Below are positions 26,340 to 35,672 of a stretch of DNA of 64,000 bases, piece after piece (position 1 is the stretch's first letter; the number at the start of each line of letters is the position of its first letter). The stretch lies in assembly GCA_020851555.1 (NCBI GenBank), contig JADZCM010000014.1:59636-123635 (forward strand), in the 5' to 3' direction. The DNA comes from Bryobacterales bacterium (lineage in GTDB: Bacteria > Acidobacteriota > Terriglobia > Bryobacterales > Bryobacteraceae). A model generated the notes under the pieces. It was given only the letters and a program-made list of their open reading frames with translations. It was not told the DNA's origin and did no database searches. The position numbers were made by a program, and so were the translations under genes.

Positions 26340-28598
26340 TTACCTGAGGCTTCCCAGGATCTTCTCCCTCATGCCCGCCGGGTGGAAGCCAAAGTCCTTG
26401 TAGATGTCCTTCGGAGCTCCGGATCTCGAGTACTTGTTCATGCCGAACGCGCGCGAGCGGTAATCGGACGGCAGCAGGAACGGGTACAGGAAGCCGGGCC
26501 ATCCGTTGTGCAGCGTCACCACGCGGCGCCGGTCTTCGTCGGAGAGGATTTCCTCGGCTTTCTTCGGGTCCCGGTCCCTCAGTTCCTCGAACAGGGAGGG
26601 GGCCGTAACCGCGACGATCTTCACGTCCGCGGCCTCCTCCACATCCGGCAGGATCTCAAGCAGGTTGGACATCATCTGCCCGCCGCACACCGCCAGGACC
26701 AGCTTGCGCTTGCCGTTCCCGCGGAACGGACGGAGAATGTACGCGCCGTTGACGGCCTCGATCGCCGGAGCCACGTCGCCGCCCCGCTTCAGCACCGGCG
26801 TGGGAGGCCGGGCCACGGAGAGCGCCACGGGTTCGCCGCGCTTCGCCGCGAGAAAGAGCATCTCGATCGTCTCGTTGGCGTCCAGCGGCTTGTAGACCTT
26901 GATTCCCGGGTAGGCGTCGAACAGCGACATCCAGAACAATCCGTGATGGGTGGGGCCGTCCTCTCCGGTTTCGGGGCCGTCGTGCGCCGCCAGCATTATG
27001 AAGAAAGCGCGCTGGTGCTGGTTGACGTCGTTGTTGATCAGCGTCATGCGCACCGAGTTCGCCATCATGGGGGTGAATACGCCGTAGGTGGCGAAGGCGC
27101 TCATGGGCCGGAAGCCTCCCGGGAGGCGGTCCTGCGCCATGGCGGCGGACATCATGGCCATGTTCTGCTCGGCGATTCCGAAGCGCAAACCCCGGCCCAG
27201 GGGGTTGGTTCGGCTGACGACGCCGTAAACGTTCTCCGCCTTCCCCGTCAGGATGGACTTCATCAGGTCGCCGGCGCCGAGGTAGAAAAACGCCGTGTGT
27301 TTCATGGCCCAGTCAAACCAGGCCTCGGTGGCCTTGCGGGTGGGCGCCGCGCCGCCTTCGGGAAATACGAGTTCGGGCGGCAGCGTGGCCGGGCGCTCCA
27401 AACTGGTGTAGTCGGCCATGGGACGTCCCGCCAGAGTGACCGTGATCCGCTCACGCAACTCGGCCTCCGGCCGGATGCGCGCGGCGGCGGCCCGGAGACG
27501 CTCCAGCAGGTAGTCCGTTTCTCCCTCCCCCAACGCTGACATGACGACGGCGATGTCGGCGGCCACGTCCTTCTGGTTGCCGGGAATGTCGAAGTCCAGC
27601 TTCTTCATCACCTCCACATACTCGGCGTGCGAGAGCGGCGTGCCGTGGGAATCGGAGGTGTTCTCCAACCGGCCGTAGTGTTTGCCCTTAATGCAGTGGC
27701 AGAGGACCACGGTGGGCTGCTCGGGACCGAAGTTCTGCTCGGCCAGCCGGTAGGCGTAGGCCAGTTCGAGGATGTCGTGTCCGTTCACCTCGATCACGTT
27801 CCAGCCCGGCGCGATCCAGTGGTTCAGGTAGGGGGCCGGCATGGCGTCGGTGATGGGGCCGTCGATGCCGTGCCCGTTGAAGTCCATGGTCACAACCAGG
27901 TTCCGCATGCCGAGGGCCGAGGCTACGTTGCGCGCCTCGTAGGACATGCCTTCTTCGGTTTCCGCGTCGCCGGCCAGGACAAAAGCCCTGGTTGCCAGGC
28001 CGCAGGAGCGGTGCAGCACCGCGAAGCCCAGGCCCGCCGAGAAGCCGTGCCCGGAGGAACCCGTGGAGGTGTCCGCCAGCGGCGAATCGGATTCGACGTG
28101 CCCGCTGGGTCCACCGAAAGACCGGAAACGAACCAGGTCCTCGGGATAGTGAATCAGGACATGCTGATCCGTGGGGGACTTCATTCCCTTCCGGCGCAGC
28201 GCCTCATACACCAGAGACACAGTGGAGTGAAGCAGAGGAGTACAATGCCCCGCCGACCACACCACCCGGTCTCTGCCGGGGTGTTTCGGGTGCCAGGCGT
28301 CGAACCCCAGAACGCCGCTCGCCAGCAGGGTGAGTAGCTGCTCGGTCTTGGACGAAGAGCCGCCGGGGTGTCCCGATTTGGACGCATTCAGGGAGGCGAA
28401 AATCAGGCCGCGGACCACGCGCGCCAGCACTGCGATCTTCTCTTCGTCGATTTCCGGGAGCGAAGCGAGCGGCACGCCCTGGAGGTTCAGGTAGGCTCCG
28501 CCCCCCACGCGGTACTCGAAACGGGCGGGTTCGCTTCCCTTCAGCGCCTCGAGACCGGATTTATCCAGCGGGTTATAAGTTCGTGATGTGGAAAGCAC
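26340..28598 (-). CDS. Transketolase-family thiamine-diphosphate enzyme
   Basis: 752 aa from a GTG start with GGGAG upstream. Motifs SGHPGGSSS and GDAETEEGMSYEA (analogous to GDGxxxEG), a pyrimidine-binding middle domain (FGIAEQNM) and a C-terminal domain all fit the family. It is longer than canonical Tkt, so the exact activity is unknown. Confidence 0.75.
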   Translation of the reverse strand: MLSTSRTYNPLDKSGLEALKGSEPARFEYRVGGGAYLNLQGVPLASLPEIDEEKIAVLARVVRGLIFASLNASKSGHPGGSSSKTEQLLTLLASGVLGFDAWHPKHPGRDRVVWSAGHCTPLLHSTVSLVYEALRRKGMKSPTDQHVLIHYPEDLVRFRSFGGPSGHVESDSPLADTSTGSSGHGFSAGLGFAVLHRSCGLATRAFVLAGDAETEEGMSYEARNVASALGMRNLVVTMDFNGHGIDGPITDAMPAPYLNHWIAPGWNVIEVNGHDILELAYAYRLAEQNFGPEQPTVVLCHCIKGKHYGRLENTSDSHGTPLSHAEYVEVMKKLDFDIPGNQKDVAADIAVVMSALGEGETDYLLERLRAAAARIRPEAELRERITVTLAGRPMADYTSLERPATLPPELVFPEGGAAPTRKATEAWFDWAMKHTAFFYLGAGDLMKSILTGKAENVYGVVSRTNPLGRGLRFGIAEQNMAMMSAAMAQDRLPGGFRPMSAFATYGVFTPMMANSVRMTLINNDVNQHQRAFFIMLAAHDGPETGEDGPTHHGLFWMSLFDAYPGIKVYKPLDANETIEMLFLAAKRGEPVALSVARPPTPVLKRGGDVAPAIEAVNGAYILRPFRGNGKRKLVLAVCGGQMMSNLLEILPDVEEAADVKIVAVTAPSLFEELRDRDPKKAEEILSDEDRRRVVTLHNGWPGFLYPFLLPSDYRSRAFGMNKYSRSGAPKDIYKDFGFHPAGMREKILGSLR

Positions 28599-29052
28599 AG
28601 TCTCTCCCTCATGAAAAACTTCACATGATTTCGGATTCCCTGACCGGGAATTTCATTGTAGCCCGCTCGCAAAGGCGAAGTCCATGACGCCCAAATGGAG
28701 TAGAATCGGAGCCGATGAGCGAAACGCGGCGGATGTTCCTTGCTTCACCCGGCCGGCGACGCCCTGGTTTCTGCCGGCACGGCCTGAGCGGGCGAATTCG
28801 CGCCCGGTCCATGTGACCGGACGCTCCAGCGTGGATCACGAAGCCGCCGCAACCGCCTGAAGCGGTCACATTCAACCGCCGCACGTCGTTCCACCTGCAA
28901 TCGACTGGAATAAAAGGTCTTCACGGCAGGGCGCCGCTCTCCGGCGCCACCTCCGCGGGGAAGCGCCCACTACACTGTGGCCGGAAGGTTGCTCGTAAAG
29001 CAGCCAGCCCGGCACGCCCACGCGGCCGGGCTTCTTGTTCTGGAGGCCGTTT

Positions 29053-30369
29053 ATGCGGATTCGTTGCGGGGCTGCTGCGATCGGGGTCCTGTTGTGGGGG
29101 ACGCTCTTGGCCGCTCCGCCCCTGACCAGCATCAGTGACGTGCTCTACCGGGCGGACGGGTCGCGGTTCAACGGGGTGGCATTTATCGAATGGAAGAGCT
29201 TTCAGGCGGTGGACCTCTCGACGATAGCCACTCACAGCGTCACGGTCCCCATACAGGACGGTGCGCTTCTGGTCCGGCTGGTGCCGACGACGAACGCCGC
29301 GACGGGCGCCTACTACTCGGTGCGATACCACAGCGACGGACGGATACAGTTCAGCGAGGTCTGGGCCGTGCCTCCCAGCGCCACCCCGCTCAAACTGCGG
29401 GATGTGCGCGTCCAAGGCTCGGTCTACGGCGGGGCGGTGCTGCCGCCGGCCGGAGACACCGAGATTCTGATCTCCGATGTGACGGGGCTGGCGGAGGAAC
29501 TGGAGGCGCGGCCCCTCAAAGGGCCGGGCTATGCGCCGTCGCGCGCCGCTTTCATCAGCGGGGAGGGGACGCTGGAGGGCGTCCCGGGAGATCTGTCGGA
29601 TTGCGTGCGGGTCGACGGGACCTCGGCTCCGTGCAACCTGCCGGCGGCGGAGGTTCCGGGCTTCGTGGATGCGGAGACGCCGTCCGGCAGCATCAACGGA
29701 TCGAACCGGCTGTTCACACTGAGCGAGCAACCCAGCCCGCCGCAGAGCCTCCTGCTGTTCCGGAACGGCGTTCTCCAGCGGCAGGGCTTGGACTACACCT
29801 TGAGCGGGGGCGTGATCACGTTCGCAACGGCCGCCACCCCGCAGGTGGGGGATCTGCTTACGGCCTCTTACCGGCTGTCGGAGTCCGGCGGCCCTGGCGC
29901 GGAGGCTGGGGTGACATATCCGAGGCCTCAGGTGTTGTGCGGAGGCACCGGTGCGGGCACCAGTTCGGCGGCATGGACCAGCCTCGGCGCCTGCATGATC
30001 CCGGCGGGCACGCTGGCCGCAGGGGACCGTGTCGCCGTCTCCTTCAGCTTCACGCACGAGGGGAGCGCGGTGGCTCCCAGCATCGAGCTTCGCTGGGGCG
30101 CGACGGCCGTCCTCTCGCGGACGGGCGCGAACTTCGAGACGCTCCTGGCCGGCACGGGCGACTTCGGAGCGTACGAGGGGAACGCCACGTGGGCCGTTCA
30201 GAGCTGGGGCGCGACGCTCGCCCTGGCCGCCGGCGCGGGCGTCTGGAACGGTTCGCTGGCCTCGCCGCTCACGGTGGATTTCCGGGGCCGCCTCGCCAGC
30301 GCCTCCGCCGAAACCATCACCCTCCGCAACTACAGCGTGGTCCGCTACCCTGCGCGGACCAGCCCCTAA
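29053..30369 (+). CDS. Secreted hypothetical protein with phage tail-fibre-like features
   Basis: ATG 29053 lies 6 nt after GGAGG. It has the signal MRIRCGAAAIGVLLWGTLLAA. Features include ISDVTGLAEELEARP, NGSNRLFTLSEQPSPPQSLLLFRNGVLQRQGLDYTLSGGVITF, and a Gly/Ala/Thr-rich C-terminal half. Confidence 0.6.
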   Translation: MRIRCGAAAIGVLLWGTLLAAPPLTSISDVLYRADGSRFNGVAFIEWKSFQAVDLSTIATHSVTVPIQDGALLVRLVPTTNAATGAYYSVRYHSDGRIQFSEVWAVPPSATPLKLRDVRVQGSVYGGAVLPPAGDTEILISDVTGLAEELEARPLKGPGYAPSRAAFISGEGTLEGVPGDLSDCVRVDGTSAPCNLPAAEVPGFVDAETPSGSINGSNRLFTLSEQPSPPQSLLLFRNGVLQRQGLDYTLSGGVITFATAATPQVGDLLTASYRLSESGGPGAEAGVTYPRPQVLCGGTGAGTSSAAWTSLGACMIPAGTLAAGDRVAVSFSFTHEGSAVAPSIELRWGATAVLSRTGANFETLLAGTGDFGAYEGNATWAVQSWGATLALAAGAGVWNGSLASPLTVDFRGRLASASAETITLRNYSVVRYPARTSP

Positions 30370-30476
30370 CCCACTCGATCTGGGGTTAAATCCGGCCGGC
30401 GCCTAGGTTGGGAGCCGGATTTCATCGGCGTCTCGCACGGCGCAGGATAGAAGGTGGCGAGAGAGGAGGTGCCAAG

Positions 30477-30668
30477 GTGCTCACGCGGTTTTTTGATGCA
30501 GCCGGCGTGGATGACTTCCTGCGCGACGAGCGGGGACAAGATCTCGTGGAGTATACCCTGATGGCGGGGGTGGTAGCCGTGGGCGCAGGCTCCATGATTC
30601 CGCCCATGGCGGGCAGCATCAGCTCCATCTTCTCCAAAGCCATGTCCGTCCTCGAGAAATTCTCCTGA
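30477..30668 (+). CDS. Flp/Fap family type IVb pilin
   Basis: GTG 30477 follows GAGAGGAGG. DERGQDLVEYTLMAGVVAVGA is the Flp motif (G/xxxxEY plus a hydrophobic helix). Total length is about 63 aa. Confidence 0.75.
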   Translation: MLTRFFDAAGVDDFLRDERGQDLVEYTLMAGVVAVGAGSMIPPMAGSISSIFSKAMSVLEKFS

Positions 30669-30708
30669 GGGTGCGCCGGCCGGCGGTCGGATAGAATAGA
30701 CACGCCGG

Positions 30709-31215
30709 ATGCAGACGGACGAAATTCTCTCCAAGCTGCGCGAAAGGATCGTCGCCTACGCGGCATTTCATCTGTCGAGGGACCTCGCGGAGGACGTTGC
30801 CCAGGAGGTGATGCTGCTCCTCCACACGAAATACGGTAACGTGAGCGCGGCGGACGACCTCGTCCCACTGGCGATCGAGATCGCGCGCCTCAAGATCGCG
30901 GGTATTCGCAGGAAGATACACCGGCGGGGCGAGGACCGGCGGACGGCGGTCGAAGAGGTCCCGCTGGCCGACCCCGGGCCCAGTCCGAGCGCTTACGTGG
31001 AGAGGAAGGAGTCGCTGGAACGGCTCGCGGCGGCTCTGGCCGGATTAAGGGGCCGCTGCCGGGAGCTGTTTCGGCTGAAATTACAGGGGAAGAATTTCGC
31101 CGAAATCCGGGAAGCGCTCGGAGCGGCGAGCATCAACACGGTCTATACCTGGGACTTCCGCTGCCGCAAGGAATTGCTTGCGAAGCTAGAGGGCCGATGG
31201 GAGGCCGAGCCATGA
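30709..31215 (+). CDS. ECF-type RNA polymerase sigma-70 factor
   Basis: 168 aa. The region 2 block is DLAEDVAQEVMLLLH and the region 4 HTH is CRELFRLKLQGKNFAEIREALGASINTVYTW. Confidence 0.85.
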   Translation: MQTDEILSKLRERIVAYAAFHLSRDLAEDVAQEVMLLLHTKYGNVSAADDLVPLAIEIARLKIAGIRRKIHRRGEDRRTAVEEVPLADPGPSPSAYVERKESLERLAAALAGLRGRCRELFRLKLQGKNFAEIREALGAASINTVYTWDFRCRKELLAKLEGRWEAEP

Positions 31216-32201
31216 GGCCGGAAGACATCCGCAAGCTGGTGGGCGGCTACGCCACCGGCACACTCACGGCGGATGAGCGCCGCCTGCTTCTGGAGGCCGC
31301 GCTCGAGGATCAGGCTCTCTTCAATGAGCTGGCGCGCGAACAGGACCTAAAAGATCTTCTGGAGGACCCGCGTGCGCGACAGCGGCTGCTGGAGGCGCTG
31401 GCTGAGAGGCCTTCCCCGCTGCAAGTGCTGGGGGCCTGGCTCCGGCGACCGGTGGCCTGGGCGGCGGCGGGAGGGTTGGCCGCGGCCGCCATCCTCCTGC
31501 TCGTGTTTGTCCGGCAGCCCGGCTCCAGGCCGGCGGCCCCGGAACCCGTACTGACGGCGAAGCTCGAGCAGCCACGCGAGGAGGCTCCCGCCCCGGCACG
31601 GGCCATTCCTCCGGTGAGTTCGCAAGATAAGGCGGTAGAGCCCAGGGCCCCCAGTGATGTGGCCGCCGGCAGGGACGGCAAAGGCGCTGCGGCGAGCGAG
31701 AGAAAGGACGAGGCGAAGGCGGAACCACCGGCCGCTGCGCCGCCAGTATCGGAACCGGCGGCAAAGCCGGTCCTGGGCGGCGCTGTCCCGGCGGACGAGG
31801 CACAGGGCACGCCTGCCTCCCTGGAGAAGCGCCCGATGGCCGCCGCATCCAGAGGCGGCGCGGCCCAGCCGTCGGCGGCGCGCATCAGGTTTCGAGCGGC
31901 TGAGGCGGACTCGCTGCCCTCCCCCATCCCGTACCGGCTGCTGCGCGCCGACGAAACCGGTAACTTCCGGGAGACCCCCGAGACCACGGTCTTCGGCCGC
32001 GAAGACCGCATCCGTGTTGTCTTCACGCCCGCCGAAGACGGCCGCCTGACGGTGGAGGCGCGCCCGCTGCAAACGCTGCTGGATCAGGACGTCACCGCCG
32101 GCGCCAGCGTGACGCTCGACATACCCCGGGGCCTGACCCGGCTGACCGGCGCCTTCCGCGGCGTCCCGCTCGAAATCCGCATCCCGCGCGGACCTGAGTA
32201 G
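31212..32201 (+). CDS. Putative anti-sigma factor (membrane-spanning)
   Basis: The ATGA overlap with the sigma stop suggests coupling. The N-terminus LVGGYATGTLTADERRLLLEAALEDQALFNEL is typical of an anti-sigma N-domain. There is one TM helix (VAWAAAGGLAAAAILLLVF), an Ala/Pro-rich linker, and a C-terminal beta domain. Confidence 0.65.
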   Translation: MRPEDIRKLVGGYATGTLTADERRLLLEAALEDQALFNELAREQDLKDLLEDPRARQRLLEALAERPSPLQVLGAWLRRPVAWAAAGGLAAAAILLLVFVRQPGSRPAAPEPVLTAKLEQPREEAPAPARAIPPVSSQDKAVEPRAPSDVAAGRDGKGAAASERKDEAKAEPPAAAPPVSEPAAKPVLGGAVPADEAQGTPASLEKRPMAAASRGGAAQPSAARIRFRAAEADSLPSPIPYRLLRADETGNFRETPETTVFGREDRIRVVFTPAEDGRLTVEARPLQTLLDQDVTAGASVTLDIPRGLTRLTGAFRGVPLEIRIPRGPE

Positions 32202-32434
32202 CTGAAAAAGTCCTGATTCAGGTGGCCTTCCTCCATTGAATGGGAAGCGCCGCATGACCTGCCGGATCGAAAGCTCAATCCTCGCGCCGGCCGCGTCCGC
32301 GCCGCTGGAGCCCGGCCGGAAGGAGGCGGCTGGTGTTCGATAACTGGTATACTTGAAGGGCGTTTGAATATCCCGCCTAACCGGGCCGGACGTGCTCAAC
32401 CCCGCCAAGGAGGCCTCAACCGCGAGGAGACCGA

Positions 32435-32749
32435 GTGAAGAAGATCTACGTAGGAAACCTGGACTTCAGCCTGACTGAGGATTCCATACGCGAGCAGTTC
32501 GAGAGGTTCGGCGCCGTCGAGCGGGTGGACCTGGTGAAGGACCGCGACACGGGCCAGCCGCGAGGCTTTGCGTTCGTTGAGATGACCAACGACGAGGAAG
32601 CGGAACGCGCCATCGCGGAGTTGAACGGGGCGATCATGGGAAACCGCGCGGCGAACGTGAACGAAGCTCGTCCCAAGATGCAGTCCGGCGGCGGATTCCG
32701 CCGCTCCGGCGGAGGCCCCCCACGGCACCGCCGTGAACCGCGGTGGTGA
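32435..32749 (+). CDS. RRM-type RNA-binding protein
   Basis: GTG start. RNP-2 is IYVGNL and RNP-1 is RGFAFVEM. It has a Gly/Arg-rich tail. Confidence 0.9.
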   Translation: MKKIYVGNLDFSLTEDSIREQFERFGAVERVDLVKDRDTGQPRGFAFVEMTNDEEAERAIAELNGAIMGNRAANVNEARPKMQSGGGFRRSGGGPPRHRREPRW

Positions 32750-32777
32750 GGCCCAAAACGAGGAGGGACCAGAAGGC

Positions 32778-33347
32778 GTGACAGGCACAATCGTATGCCT
32801 GGCTAGAGAATCCCGAACGGGCACAATTCAGTCCAGCGACGGCACGCGCCTCGCTTTCTCAGCCGCGGGTGTTCTCGGTGAGTTCGACGCGCTGGCCGTG
32901 GGCCATCCCGTCAGTTTCGATGTGGAGCGGCGCCAGCCGGTTCACACCGCCGTGCGGGTGTTCCGTGAACCGCTTGGCGAGGGCGCTCCGGGAAAGCCGC
33001 ACGGAGCGTTCCCCGACCTGCGCTACACCGGCTTCCACCAGGCCGCGGGAGTCCGGAGCTACCGCTTCGACGCCGCGGGGTCGGGCCGCCAGGCGCAGCA
33101 CTACGTAGTGAAGGTCGACATGGCCCTCCTCGCCAAGCACGGCGTCAGCATTCAGGACGCTCCGGCGCTGTGTCTCCAGAAGCTGGCCGCGGACCTGAAG
33201 GCCGTCCGGGGGCCGCTTGGCCACGAACTGGACGGCGATGATCTGGCCGCGCACGTTGCTTTGAGGGCGGAGAAAGCGGAAAGACGGAGGCTGAAGCACT
33301 CCTCCGCCAGCCGCCGGGGCGCGCCGCCGCCCCGCCCGTCCAATTGA
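32778..33347 (+). CDS. Hypothetical protein with N-terminal OB/cold-shock-like segment
   Basis: The ORF is open from 32733, and GTG 32778 follows AGGAGGG. GTIVCLARESRTGTIQSSDGTRLAFSAAGV...GHPVSFDV resembles a CSD-like beta barrel. The rest is unrecognised. Confidence 0.5.
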   Translation: MTGTIVCLARESRTGTIQSSDGTRLAFSAAGVLGEFDALAVGHPVSFDVERRQPVHTAVRVFREPLGEGAPGKPHGAFPDLRYTGFHQAAGVRSYRFDAAGSGRQAQHYVVKVDMALLAKHGVSIQDAPALCLQKLAADLKAVRGPLGHELDGDDLAAHVALRAEKAERRRLKHSSASRRGAPPPRPSN

Positions 33348-33368
33348 ATCGAGCGTAGGGAGGTGAGC

Positions 33369-33566
33369 ATGGCAGGACGTGGCAGAACCACATTTCAAAA
33401 GCGACAGAAGGAACAGCTACGGCTTGAAAGGCGTCAACAGAAGGCCGCCCGGAGGCTCGAACGAAAGGCCCTGAAGAACGCGCCGCCTGCCGAGGCTGAG
33501 GTGGAGCCGCAGCCGCCCGGCGAAACTGAAGCACTGCCGCAGCCGCCCGCCTTCGGCCCGGAGTAG
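33369..33566 (+). CDS. Small highly basic hypothetical protein
   Basis: ATG 33369 lies 5 nt after GGAGG. MAGRGRTTFQKRQKEQLRLERRQQKAARRLERKALK is followed by an acidic Pro-rich tail. Confidence 0.45.
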   Translation: MAGRGRTTFQKRQKEQLRLERRQQKAARRLERKALKNAPPAEAEVEPQPPGETEALPQPPAFGPE

Positions 33567-33567
33567 G

Positions 33568-35541
33568 TCAAGCCGCGGTCCCGCGCCCCGATCCGGCAGG
33601 CGCGGCGTGTTCCAGGCGCTCCAAAAATGCGATCATGCGCGCCGCGGCCTCGGTCCGGCCGCCGTAGCGCAGTTCATGATAGGCCGCCGTGAGACCGGCC
33701 GCCAATTCCGCCGCCTCCGAGGGGGGCAGTCCGCTCACAAATTCACCGGGAGTGGCCCACGCCGGCTTTTGATAGCCGCGCCGCCGGAAGACCTCGAGCA
33801 TCCGGCGGTAGAGCAGCGAGGCATCCGAAGCGACCGCGCTTCCGCTCTGAGCTTTCCGGAACCGCCGCCGGTAGCGGTAGAACCGCCCGGCCTTGGGCGC
33901 AACCAGGCAGAGGGCAGCCGCGAGCAGGCAGACCGCCAGCGCCTGGAGTCCGTGGACGCGAAGCGCCCTCGCCGCAACACCCTGCCATCGGAGGAAGCCC
34001 AACCGGAAGCCTTCCAGCCAGCGTTCCCCGGCCACGCGTCCCGAACCTTGCATCCGCGCCGCCAGACCGATCTGGCGTTCCAGATCGTAGTCGACCACCC
34101 AGTCCTGCCAGAACATCTGTGCGGCATCGGCATACATGCGAAAGCGAGCCAGCAAGGGCGCCTCTCGCCGCGCACGGCCCGCCGGGGTAGGGTCGAAGAC
34201 GGTCCATCCCCGCCCGCCGATCCAGGCTTCCACCCAAGCGTGCGCGTCCGACGCCCGCACCAGACGCCAACCGGTGACGGGGTTGAGTTGCCCCCCCACA
34301 AAGCCCGTAACCAGCCGCGAGGGGATCCCGATGGAGCGTAGCATCACCGCCATGGCGGACGCGAAATACTCGCAGTGCCCCGCCCGCCGCTCAAACAGGA
34401 AGTGCGCCAGCGGATCGGGCACGTCCTCCCGAGGCAGGTCCGTGGTGTACCCGAAGGTCCGGGCCAGGTAGCTCTCCAGGGCGCGGGCGCGCGCTTCGTC
34501 GGACGGCTGTCCGGAGGTCACCTCGCGCGCCAGGGCGGTGATGCGTCGGTCCAGGGCGGGCAGTTCCAGATACCCGTCAGGGGGCGCCGGCGAGGGCCGG
34601 TACTCCCCCAGGTAGCTGATGGCTCCGTACCGCAGCCGCCGCCGGGGCGCCGCTTCGATCTGGTACGTCTGAGCCGGCGACTCTCTCACTCGCGGCATCC
34701 CGATCCACAAGACCTCGGGAACCCCGGCGAAGAACAGGACGTCGGAGTTGATCGCCTCCAGTTGGATCTCATACGTGATGCGGGCGCCCGGGCGGCGCCG
34801 TTGATCATCTTCGGCCAGGATGCTGCGCCCCTCGCTCACCTGAATGACCCGCTCCCCGCTCTCCGGCGCGCGCCAGTTCCTGCCATCGAAGGAAGTAAGC
34901 ACGGCGCCCCGCCACCTGAGCGGCTGCGGTCCGCTCCAGCCGGCGGTCCGGATGTGCATCGCGGGCGTGTCCCGGTTCAGAATCGCGCCCATCTGCCCAA
35001 GCCGCACCTCCCCCGAGAATCCCGGGAGATAGTAGCGCCCGGAAACCAGGCGCTGTAAGGCGGCGCTCGCAGTGCGGGGGAGGACGAAGAACAGCGCGGC
35101 CGTCAGAGCCAGAATTCCGATCCCGGCACAGGCAATCAGTCCGCCGAGCCGCAGGTGGAATCCGCGCGCCCCGCCACCGGCCACCACCGCGCGGCCCCGG
35201 CTGGAACGGCGGATCTCCCCGCCGGCTTGGGCGGCAAGGAGAAAGAAGACGAAGATGGCCAGGTAGAGCATGAAACTCCACCCTTCCGAGAGGAGCGCCG
35301 CCGCCAGCAGTTCCAGGCAGGCAAAGGCCTGGATGAAAACAAAGCCTCGCCCCGTACGGGAGGTGAGGAACGTGGAAACCGCGATCAGGAAAACCACTCC
35401 GGCCGCGCCCAAAGCCATGCTGAGCAGGTCGAAGAACCCCGAGCCGGCCAGCGCGAGGTAGCCGCTGAGGGCCAGACCGGCCAGCGATACCTGGTGAAAA
35501 CGCTCCGCCAGCCGCGAGGCGTCAGCGATGCGGCTTGCCAT
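33568..35541 (-). CDS. Transglutaminase-domain membrane protein (DUF3488-type N-terminus)
   Basis: There are multiple N-terminal TM helices. The transglutaminase core is GHCEYFASAMAVMLRSIGIPSRLVTGF...DAHAWVE (Cys-His-Asp). Confidence 0.85.
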   Translation of the reverse strand: MASRIADASRLAERFHQVSLAGLALSGYLALAGSGFFDLLSMALGAAGVVFLIAVSTFLTSRTGRGFVFIQAFACLELLAAALLSEGWSFMLYLAIFVFFLLAAQAGGEIRRSSRGRAVVAGGGARGFHLRLGGLIACAGIGILALTAALFFVLPRTASAALQRLVSGRYYLPGFSGEVRLGQMGAILNRDTPAMHIRTAGWSGPQPLRWRGAVLTSFDGRNWRAPESGERVIQVSEGRSILAEDDQRRRPGARITYEIQLEAINSDVLFFAGVPEVLWIGMPRVRESPAQTYQIEAAPRRRLRYGAISYLGEYRPSPAPPDGYLELPALDRRITALAREVTSGQPSDEARARALESYLARTFGYTTDLPREDVPDPLAHFLFERRAGHCEYFASAMAVMLRSIGIPSRLVTGFVGGQLNPVTGWRLVRASDAHAWVEAWIGGRGWTVFDPTPAGRARREAPLLARFRMYADAAQMFWQDWVVDYDLERQIGLAARMQGSGRVAGERWLEGFRLGFLRWQGVAARALRVHGLQALAVCLLAAALCLVAPKAGRFYRYRRRFRKAQSGSAVASDASLLYRRMLEVFRRRGYQKPAWATPGEFVSGLPPSEAAELAAGLTAAYHELRYGGRTEAAARMIAFLERLEHAAPAGSGRGTAA

Positions 35542-35672
35542 CCGCTTTCATTCTATGACAGAACGCCCGCCGGACCCGCCGCCGATGACGCTGGGGCCGG
35601 TGCAGCGTCCTGGCGCAGAAGCCCCGGGAGTGCGCGGCCGGACTTTGTGTTAAGAAGGAGTAGGTACTCCTC

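Noticed and set aside
28599-28720. Possible TPP riboswitch or operator in the 5' leader of the thiamine-dependent transketolase-family gene (hairpin ATTCCC-tgacc-GGGAAT, TACAAT-like box)
   Set aside because: I could not find the conserved TPP-riboswitch elements (the CUGAGA and ACCUGAUCUGGAUAAUGCCAGCG-like segments). The hairpin is only 6 bp, and a -35 at proper spacing is absent.
28715-28816. 33-codon ORF MSETRRMFLASPGRRRPGF... with a twin-arginine-like RRxFL start in the 450-bp gap upstream of the transketolase-family gene
   Set aside because: It terminates after 33 codons with no mature domain. It could be a relic of a Tat-exported gene, but there is no supporting homology or RBS, so it is too weak to call.
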